Origin: a bacterium
Lineage (GTDB): Bacteria; Zixibacteria; MSB-5A5; GN15; FEB-12
NCBI GenBank assembly: GCA_030605565.1
Contig: JAUWIB010000112.1
Span: forward strand, 4,335-68,334
DNA length: 64,000 nt
Direction of reading: 5' to 3'
In this document: positions 57,097 through 64,000 of the stretch, one piece after another
Position numbering within the stretch: position 1 is the stretch's first letter
How the letters are laid out: every line of letters starts with the position of its first letter
Made by a program: the position numbers and the translations under genes
Notes under the pieces: generated by a model
Databases searched by the model: none
Told to the model about the DNA's origin: nothing
Seen by the model: only the letters and a program-made list of their open reading frames with translations

Positions 57097-58140
57097 TTAC
57101 TCACCGGCTGAAACGTAAATGTTGCCTTTGCCTCGAACGGAACCGCTTATCATGGCTCGGCCGTCACCTACGAGGAGATTGAGCCGATTGGGTTCAACCA
57201 GTTCCGTCGTGAAGGGAAAGTTCTGCGCCTCGATCTTGCCGCCTTCGTCGACCGCCATTGCCAGGACTGCGGAGAATTCCTGCGGAAGCCGCAACTCAAT
57301 ATCCTCGTACTTGTTGGTGATCAGGAGTTGCCCGGCATTCAGATCGCTGAGGATGATCACTATCGGTCCGGAGGTACACCGGATATAGCTTTTTTCGTCA
57401 TCAGGGTCCCAATCCACGATTTCAATCCGGCCATACGCATTCTTGACGTTGAGGCCGCCGGTGAGTCCATTAATACGAATATCACCGCCATCATTTCGGA
57501 ACACGGCCGGTTGCGTCAAGTCGCTTATACCCTCGGCCGTCAACCTCGAATTAGTAGTGACGACTCGAATCTGTCCGGAGATGTCGGTAACGGTAACACG
57601 GCGATTGGCCGTCTCCACCTCCAGTCGCTCCGAGATGTGAGCCACATCCAAACGGCCCAGCGAGGTCGTATTCTCAAAAGAAATAAAGGGACCGTCAGCG
57701 TCGATGTCAAAGTAAGCTGCGTCGATCTCGACCTCAAAGCCCTCTGGAATCTCCACCATCGCCTCAACCAGGCCGGATTCATCATCCTTCCACGGGGCGG
57801 GATTCGGGGCGCGCATCTCCAGCCGCAGTCCGGTCGGCGCCGCACTGAGTGATACCGCGATTTGATCGAGATAGTCCTCCGCTCGCGACTTGCGCGAGGT
57901 GCGAGCTCTCTTGGTATAGGTCAAGATCGCAGAATCGGTCGCGGTTGCCAAAATGGTCAACTCTCCCTGCAAACTACCGGCTGCTTTTATGACTAGCTTG
58001 TTGCCATTGCCCGGCAAGGTGGACGACTCCAACTCGCGGGTGGCAAATAACCCTTTCGATTCCTGCTCAACCTCCTGCGCCCAACAAGACGACAGATTCA
58101 TCAACAAGGCCAGACCAACGGCCATCACTGAATTCTTCAT
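57097..58140 (-). CDS. DUF4097-like beta-strand repeat exported protein
   Basis: Signal peptide; repeated T..G.I.V / N..G.I.I units; 'IELRLP'. Confidence 0.7.
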   Translation of the reverse strand: MKNSVMAVGLALLMNLSSCWAQEVEQESKGLFATRELESSTLPGNGNKLVIKAAGSLQGELTILATATDSAILTYTKRARTSRKSRAEDYLDQIAVSLSAAPTGLRLEMRAPNPAPWKDDESGLVEAMVEIPEGFEVEIDAAYFDIDADGPFISFENTTSLGRLDVAHISERLEVETANRRVTVTDISGQIRVVTTNSRLTAEGISDLTQPAVFRNDGGDIRINGLTGGLNVKNAYGRIEIVDWDPDDEKSYIRCTSGPIVIILSDLNAGQLLITNKYEDIELRLPQEFSAVLAMAVDEGGKIEAQNFPFTTELVEPNRLNLLVGDGRAMISGSVRGKGNIYVSAGE

Positions 58141-58937
58141 CAGCTACTTTTTCCTGTGGTGTGATGGTAGATTCGCTGCATCATTATGGCTGCCGCCACG
58201 GCGGCGTTGAGAGAATCCACGCATCTTTCATGTTCCAATCTCCATCGGCAGTCCGAAACCTTCAGGATCGATTCGGAAAGGCCTTCGGCTTCCGAACCGA
58301 CAGCTAAGATCAGCCGGTTACGCCTGGCGCCTCTGAGGTCCACCGCGTTGCTCTTACCATTTACATCGGCGGCAATCAGTCGGAACTTTCCTTTGCCGAC
58401 CAGCGATGCTACATCGTCTGCCGCTGTGAGAATAAGGTCCACGCCGAAGATGGCGCCAACACTGGCTCGCACTACTTTCGGTGCATACGGATCGGCGCAC
58501 TTTCCGGTCAGCAGCACCGGGTTGAAGCGAAAGGCCAGAGCACACCGCAAGAGCGTGCCGAGATTGCCCGGATCCGATATCCCATCGCACAATAGTACTG
58601 TACGATGCTCGGGGCGGAGAAGTTCATCGGACGAGCTTCGCGGCAAATCGAATACGCCCACGATTCCCTGCGAAGTCACGCTCTCCGATATCCCGTTCAA
58701 CTCACGCGCAGAGACTTCGACAACCTGAACGCGACGCCGGCGAAATCGTTGGACCAGTTGATGACCCCGTTCTGCCAGTAGCGCCGGTGACCAGAGCAAC
58801 AGTTCGGGGCGGACATCGTGCCGTATCGCTTCCTCAAGCAGCCGCACCCCTTCAGTCGCGAACCGGCCCAGAGCACGGCGACCTTTCCGCGTGCGCAACG
58901 ACTTGATATCTTTTTGTTCCTTTTTGGTTATCGACAC
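58140..58937 (-). CDS. TrmH/SpoU family RNA methyltransferase
   Basis: EGVRLLEEA, DPGNLGTLLR, KVVRASVGA, GSEAEGL, SLNAAVA; GTG start inferred. Confidence 0.92.
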   Translation of the reverse strand: MSITKKEQKDIKSLRTRKGRRALGRFATEGVRLLEEAIRHDVRPELLLWSPALLAERGHQLVQRFRRRRVQVVEVSARELNGISESVTSQGIVGVFDLPRSSSDELLRPEHRTVLLCDGISDPGNLGTLLRCALAFRFNPVLLTGKCADPYAPKVVRASVGAIFGVDLILTAADDVASLVGKGKFRLIAADVNGKSNAVDLRGARRNRLILAVGSEAEGLSESILKVSDCRWRLEHERCVDSLNAAVAAAIMMQRIYHHTTGKSS

Positions 58938-59004
58938 CTTAAGTTGCCTCTGAGGTGAAAGACATTCAAGGCCTAATGAATCGCTCAATGCATCTACTTG
59001 GCAA

Positions 59005-61617
59005 GTGAAAACTCTGTTGACATGGCTGCTGCCGGCGCTGATTGTAATTATCCTGCCGATTGATGCCGCTTCTGATATTCTCATCGGCGGCCTTGACGGA
59101 CTGGACCCGCATGACAATGGTGAGCGCTACCATGTCCTGCTGGCCCTTTCCGGCGGCGGGGCGCGCGGCATTGCCACTATCGGCCTGCTGAAGGCGTTTG
59201 AAGAAAAAGGTGTCGAGATTGAGGCCGTCACCGGGACATCTATTGGCGGGATTATCGGCGGTCTCTACGCTTGTGGCTATAGTGCGGACGAGTTGGCGGA
59301 CATCGTTCGCAACCTCGATCTGACCGGTCTTTTTTCCGATCAGCCGTCGCGTCGAACAATGTTCCTTACCCAGCGGGAAGAGCGCGACCGGCACCTGCTG
59401 TCAATTCGCTTCGATGGCTTCAAGCCCGTGATCCCCCGGGCTTTGACGGCCGGGCAAAAGCTGACCACGATTCTGACGGCTTTGACGACGCGGGCCAACT
59501 ACCACGCCGCGGGCAACTTCGACCGGCTGCCGATCCCCTTCAAGACGATCAGCACCGACATTGTCAGTGGCCGTGAAATCGTGCTCGACAGCGGCTCCCT
59601 GGCCGACGCCATGCGAGCTACGATGGGTTTTCCCCTGGCCTTCACTCCGCTCGACAAAGGCGACCAGTTGTTGATGGACGGCGGCATGGTGACACCGATA
59701 CCGGTCGATCTGGTGCGGAGTATGAGTGACTCGGTGAGCTTCACTGTTGCCGTCAACACCGTCAGCCCTCTTCTGCCGAAAGACGAGCTTTCAACACCGC
59801 TGGACATCGCCAACCAGGTGACATCGATCATGACCGCCGGTAAGCTCGCAACTCAACTGGACAAAGCCGATTACCCCATCGAACCGCCGCTGAACGGTAT
59901 CGGGATGTCCGATTTCAAGGCCAGGGATAGCCTGATCGAGATCGGTTACCGGGTCGGCTTGACGGCTGCCGACAGTATCATTGCTTTGCTGAGAGAGAAG
60001 CAGGACAGCACCCGTTTCGCCGTTGTCTCGATGCAGCTCGATAGTTGTGCTCAACATCTTGCCGCTCGTTTCAAAGAACGTCTGCTGGATCGCACATTTA
60101 GTCAGACCCAACTGATCGCGGTGCTCAAAGAAATATACCTTGAATTGAATCTGTTTTGCTTGGAAGCACAACTCGGCCTGGTCGACGATCAGGGCGTACA
60201 TAACCGACGACTACGCTTGACCATCAACGCAACACCGACCAAAAATTGGACTGACGTACAAGTGGAGTTGGCCGGCAATGCGATGTATCCGGATTCTCTG
60301 CTTCTGCAGTTGCTCCAAGGCGGCGACACAGTTATGACATCAGAGTCTTTGCGCTGCGGATTGGACCGTATGCTGGACCTGTACCGTAGTGATGGTTACG
60401 ATCTGGCTGATATCGAGGAAGTATCACTGACCGACTGCGGCACGCGCTTGAAAGTGGTACTTGACGAAGCGATATTGACACACGTTGACATCAGCGGCAA
60501 TGATCGCACTAAGGACTGGATGATCAAAACCAACTTCCCGCTCAAACCGGGACAGCCTTACTCCACCGGGCGGGCCTCGCGCGGCCTGGCCAATATCTAT
60601 GCATCGGACCTGTTCAGTCGCGTCACAGTCGACCTGACGCCGTGCCAGCAGGGGGCCGGGCTCACAATCGGCGTCGAAGAAAAGCAGGCCCATCAACTGC
60701 GTCTGGGTTGGCACTGGGACGACAAATACCAATCGGAGGAGTTCGCCGAGTTCCTCGATAACAACGTTATGGGGGCCGGGCTGCAATATCTTCTGCACGC
60801 TCGCTATGCTCAGGATCGACAGGCATACTACCTCGATTTCAAAGCGGACCGCCTCTTTTCTACATATCTGACAGCCAAAATACGGATATATCACACCCGT
60901 CTTGACCGCAACGTTTACGATGTCGACGGCCGTGTGGTCGACGAACGTGACGAGAATCGCACCGGCTTCGTCCTGCGATTTGGACAGCAAATATCTCGGC
61001 TGGGCATCGTTACAGTGGGGCTGGTGGTGGAAGAGGTGGAGTACGAATTCCCCAGAACTCAGACCAGCGAGAGCTTCGGTCTGCGCGCTCTCAAGCTTGA
61101 GTCGCTGGTGGAGACTTTCGACCGCATCCCATTTCCGGAATCAGGCAAGAAACATCTTTTCGAGTTACAGTTCACCGGCAAGAGTCTCGGCGGCGAGGTC
61201 GAGTATACCAAGTTTTATTCTTCTTTAGAGGCGTACTGGTCACTGGGGCGACGGTTGAACTATCACCCCAAAATCGCAGTCGGTCTGTCACGGTCCGGCC
61301 TGCCGCCCTCGGAAAAATTCTATATCGGCGGGATGCATTCGTTCGCCGGCTTTCGCACCGACCAACTCTCCGGCGACAAAATCTTTGCCATGTCACACGA
61401 GTTCAGACTCAAACTGCCGCTGCGGCTCTACCTGAGCTTTCGCTATGATACCGGTGATGTCTATGGCAGCGCGGACGATATCAAGCTGAGCGGGCTACGT
61501 CACGGCTTCGGGCTGACAGCCGCTTTCGATTCGCCTATCGGTCCCTTTGAGTTTGGATATGGCGCGGCCGACGAAGGGTTCGAACGCTACTACATAAACA
61601 TCGGCCTGGCCTTCTAA
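59005..61617 (+). CDS. Patatin-like phospholipase + POTRA + Omp85 barrel (PlpD/type Vd-like)
   Basis: LSGGGARG, GTSIG, DGG; GNDRTKD POTRA; FYIGG..F.GF, SPIGP, terminal Phe. Confidence 0.9.
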   Translation: MKTLLTWLLPALIVIILPIDAASDILIGGLDGLDPHDNGERYHVLLALSGGGARGIATIGLLKAFEEKGVEIEAVTGTSIGGIIGGLYACGYSADELADIVRNLDLTGLFSDQPSRRTMFLTQREERDRHLLSIRFDGFKPVIPRALTAGQKLTTILTALTTRANYHAAGNFDRLPIPFKTISTDIVSGREIVLDSGSLADAMRATMGFPLAFTPLDKGDQLLMDGGMVTPIPVDLVRSMSDSVSFTVAVNTVSPLLPKDELSTPLDIANQVTSIMTAGKLATQLDKADYPIEPPLNGIGMSDFKARDSLIEIGYRVGLTAADSIIALLREKQDSTRFAVVSMQLDSCAQHLAARFKERLLDRTFSQTQLIAVLKEIYLELNLFCLEAQLGLVDDQGVHNRRLRLTINATPTKNWTDVQVELAGNAMYPDSLLLQLLQGGDTVMTSESLRCGLDRMLDLYRSDGYDLADIEEVSLTDCGTRLKVVLDEAILTHVDISGNDRTKDWMIKTNFPLKPGQPYSTGRASRGLANIYASDLFSRVTVDLTPCQQGAGLTIGVEEKQAHQLRLGWHWDDKYQSEEFAEFLDNNVMGAGLQYLLHARYAQDRQAYYLDFKADRLFSTYLTAKIRIYHTRLDRNVYDVDGRVVDERDENRTGFVLRFGQQISRLGIVTVGLVVEEVEYEFPRTQTSESFGLRALKLESLVETFDRIPFPESGKKHLFELQFTGKSLGGEVEYTKFYSSLEAYWSLGRRLNYHPKIAVGLSRSGLPPSEKFYIGGMHSFAGFRTDQLSGDKIFAMSHEFRLKLPLRLYLSFRYDTGDVYGSADDIKLSGLRHGFGLTAAFDSPIGPFEFGYGAADEGFERYYINIGLAF

Positions 61618-61684
61618 AATGCTTGACGGCAGGGTATGGTGGTGTTGATACTGCCATAGAGAACTATGACGGAGTATTGGTAAG

Positions 61685-62692
61685 ATGCGTGACCATCATT
61701 CACTTCGACTTGTTGCAGCACCGGTTCTGGCTGTCGTGGCAAGCACGGTGATATCTGTTAGCTGTTCGGACCAGCGGATTGTCGAACCCGATTGTGAGGG
61801 CTGCTTTCGCTTTCATGTCGATTTCCCCAACAGCGGTACGCAGAACGTGCTGCGGGACATTTTCTTTGTCGACAGCGTCAACGGGTGGACAGTGGGGAAT
61901 GATGGTACCATTCTGCACAGTTCCGACGGCGGCGCGAACTGGTTGGCTCAGCAGCAGGGCACTGGGGGTCGGCTTTGGGGAGTGTACTTCCAGACTCCTG
62001 ATCTGGGGTACGTTGTCGGCGAGGATGACACACTCTATCGTACTAGCGACGGCGGTGATACTTGGATGGCACGACCCACACCCGGCTACGATCTGACCGC
62101 CGTCCACATGGTCGATCAATGGCGTGGCTGGACGGTCGGTGCTGACATCATTCTGAAGACGAACAACGGCGGCACTTCATGGCAGGTGTATGACGACAAA
62201 GATACTGTCATAGACACACTCTATGGTGTAACTTTTCCTGATCCCAACAAGGGCTGGGCGGTCGGGTCAGGCGACCACAAGATACTCTACACTGACGACG
62301 GCGGCGATCACTGGACTCCTCAGAGGAACCCGTCGACGCAGCCGCTCTTGGATGTTGCCTTTGCCGATGCTTCGCACGGCTGGGCAGTGGGGGTGGGAGC
62401 GACCATCGTCCACACCGCGAACAGCGGGTCGATCTGGACTGAGCAATCAATCGGCACCGACCGGGTTTTGCACGGGGTCGATTTTTGGGACGTCAACACC
62501 GGCGTGGTGGTAGGTGACGAAGGGGTTGTGTTCACGACTACTGACGGCGGCGCGAACTGGGAAGAACGGGTCAGCGGTACCAATAGCGACTTGCTGAAAG
62601 TATCCTACATCGACGCCAACAGCTTCTGTGTCTGCGGCTACGATGGCACGCTGCTATTGATTACCCGCCGCTGGGACGACTGCTGCGAGTAA
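61685..62692 (+). CDS. YCF48-like BNR/Asp-box beta-propeller lipoprotein
   Basis: Lipobox VSC; repeated GW.VG..G.IL.T.DGG..W. Confidence 0.88.
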   Translation: MRDHHSLRLVAAPVLAVVASTVISVSCSDQRIVEPDCEGCFRFHVDFPNSGTQNVLRDIFFVDSVNGWTVGNDGTILHSSDGGANWLAQQQGTGGRLWGVYFQTPDLGYVVGEDDTLYRTSDGGDTWMARPTPGYDLTAVHMVDQWRGWTVGADIILKTNNGGTSWQVYDDKDTVIDTLYGVTFPDPNKGWAVGSGDHKILYTDDGGDHWTPQRNPSTQPLLDVAFADASHGWAVGVGATIVHTANSGSIWTEQSIGTDRVLHGVDFWDVNTGVVVGDEGVVFTTTDGGANWEERVSGTNSDLLKVSYIDANSFCVCGYDGTLLLITRRWDDCCE

Positions 62693-62711
62693 GGGGGCTT
62701 TGACGGGGGAC

Positions 62712-62950
62712 GTCGAAACCGTAGCGGGTTCGATGCGAGATATTGTAGGGCAGGTCTGTCCTCAGACCTGCCGAAGATGTCAGGATCGCAAGGATCCTGA
62801 CCTACGAATTTTCCGAGGATTACCGACAAGCATTCCCGTAACCCGGCCGCGCGCGAAGCGCGAAAAACAGGTTTACCTGTGTCGAAACCACAGGGGTTTC
62901 GACCTACATCGGTACCCCACCCAGGGTGAAGTGAAACGTCGGGTGGGTTC
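62712..62950. repeat. Cluster of REP-like elements
   Basis: GTAGGGCAGGTCTG..CAGACCTGCC, GTCAGGATCGCAAGGATCCTGACCTAC, GTCGAAACCACAGGGGTTTCGACCTAC, CGGTACCCCACCC..GGGTGGG. Confidence 0.78.
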
Positions 62951-62953
62951 TTA

Positions 62954-64000
62954 TTACTGTAAACTATCACTCGGCTGCATCGTCAGTGTCGACACCGCCC
63001 GTGCCAAAACTTTGTCACGTGAAAATGGTACCGTCCAGCGTCCACCGCTTCGCCACATCTCGTTGAAATCGAAGAAGTGCGAACTCATAGGATTGCCGGA
63101 GTTGCCGGCCGGAAGAACCATAGTAGCAGCATCGACATGGGTAAAATCGATTACGAAGCGCCAACTCGGTCCAACGATGCAGGTGTAGGTAGTATCGTCG
63201 CGCCGACTGTAAAACGATGCGTTCAATGATCCCGGGCTGCCGGAGTGGGGCCACGGACCGAACTTCAGATTGAGAATAAGATTCACAACAGGCACCGCCG
63301 CCATCGGATGACGCATGGTCAGCGTGTGAACATCGCCCCACCGCCGGTCCTGCCGCGGGGCTTCACGACTGTGACCGGCACGCCAGACCTCGATCGCTTC
63401 CCGGGCGGCAAACTGAGCAATCTCCTCGCGCGTTTCCATGTAATCCGGCGTTGTGATATCGTCGAACCACTCTGTCGCCTCGCTGTGATACAACCGATCC
63501 AGGGTGAGCTTTGAGACTCTGGCCGAGAGTGTTCCCAGTTCATCCTGAAATGTCAGTTGCTTCAGGCGGTTCAGAAACAGCACCATAATCGGCATCACTG
63601 TCGACTCGACCGTGGTTTGACCATCCCAGTGGTTCCTGGATGTCAGCCTGGCTTCTCCTATTGCGATAAGCGCCTCGGTCAGGATGGTCTCCCATCGCAG
63701 CAGGTATTCATCACGGTGATCCAGTTGCCATGTCGCCATGTCGTCAACAGTGATCTCAGCATTCGCAGTCAGCAGGTCGGTGATGCGCAGGATGCGGTCG
63801 GCGGCGAAGTTGCCTGAAAGGTTGGCTGAGCGGCTCGGCATATTGTTACAACTTGCCAGCCAGCCCTGTCGTGGGTTGTAGGCATGCGGTGTCTCGTCGA
63901 GCGGATAGTATCCCTCCCAATCATCATCACTGTTCCAACCCCGTCCAGGCCGGTGACCGTCGTTACCCGAGCGGACCGGAATGGGTGTACCCAATTGATA
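62954..64000 (-). CDS. Penicillin acylase family (S45) protein, C-terminal part
   Basis: PH.YNP..GW..S.NN, R..RI..LL, WG.VH, GPSWRFVID, PAGNSGNP.S.HF.D; 5' end lies outside the window. Confidence 0.9.
   Translation of the reverse strand, partial: YQLGTPIPVRSGNDGHRPGRGWNSDDDWEGYYPLDETPHAYNPRQGWLASCNNMPSRSANLSGNFAADRILRITDLLTANAEITVDDMATWQLDHRDEYLLRWETILTEALIAIGEARLTSRNHWDGQTTVESTVMPIMVLFLNRLKQLTFQDELGTLSARVSKLTLDRLYHSEATEWFDDITTPDYMETREEIAQFAAREAIEVWRAGHSREAPRQDRRWGDVHTLTMRHPMAAVPVVNLILNLKFGPWPHSGSPGSLNASFYSRRDDTTYTCIVGPSWRFVIDFTHVDAATMVLPAGNSGNPMSSHFFDFNEMWRSGGRWTVPFSRDKVLARAVSTLTMQPSDSLQ

Noticed and set aside
1-64000. tRNA, rRNA, tmRNA or transposase/integrase genes
   Set aside because: None recognised by eye; a tRNAscan/Rfam run would be needed to exclude small RNAs in gaps such as 46655-46960 and 50352-50610.

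Overview
A GC-rich bacterial chromosomal region, probably from an FCB-affiliated lineage such as candidate Zixibacteria. That taxon is an inference from EF-hand dockerin-like 'GDxxxDG..DIADLxYLVDYMF.GGPPP' tails and a Por/T9SS-type C-terminal tail. The left 14 kb is a co-oriented cluster of exported proteins: a giant Ig-rich lipoprotein, a Lys-gingipain-like C25 protease with a dockerin-like tail, and two tandem LVIVD beta-propeller paralogues. The paralogues arose by duplication of a dockerin+terminator+promoter+gene unit. Next come DUF362, rsmE, an AI-2E permease, and a YdjY-like gene followed by two exported alpha/alpha-toroid (prenyltransferase-repeat) genes. The middle holds Crp, a receiver protein, hflX, a TIGR00300 enzyme, pyrK-pyrD-pyrF, a TPR-TonB_C lipoprotein, cobB and a degenerate kinase/bEBP/GAF module. 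The right part holds mltG-ruvX, two orphan restriction-like nucleases around nfo, minor pilins, a beta-barrel-SppA fusion, a patatin-Omp85 protein and a penicillin acylase fragment. Intergenic DNA is dense with REP-like palindrome families. An IS1182-like MITE repeatedly sits in the 4-nt loops of REP hairpins, with 4-bp target duplications. No rRNA, tRNA, CRISPR array or transposase gene was recognised. All product calls come from motif recognition by eye; no database search was run.
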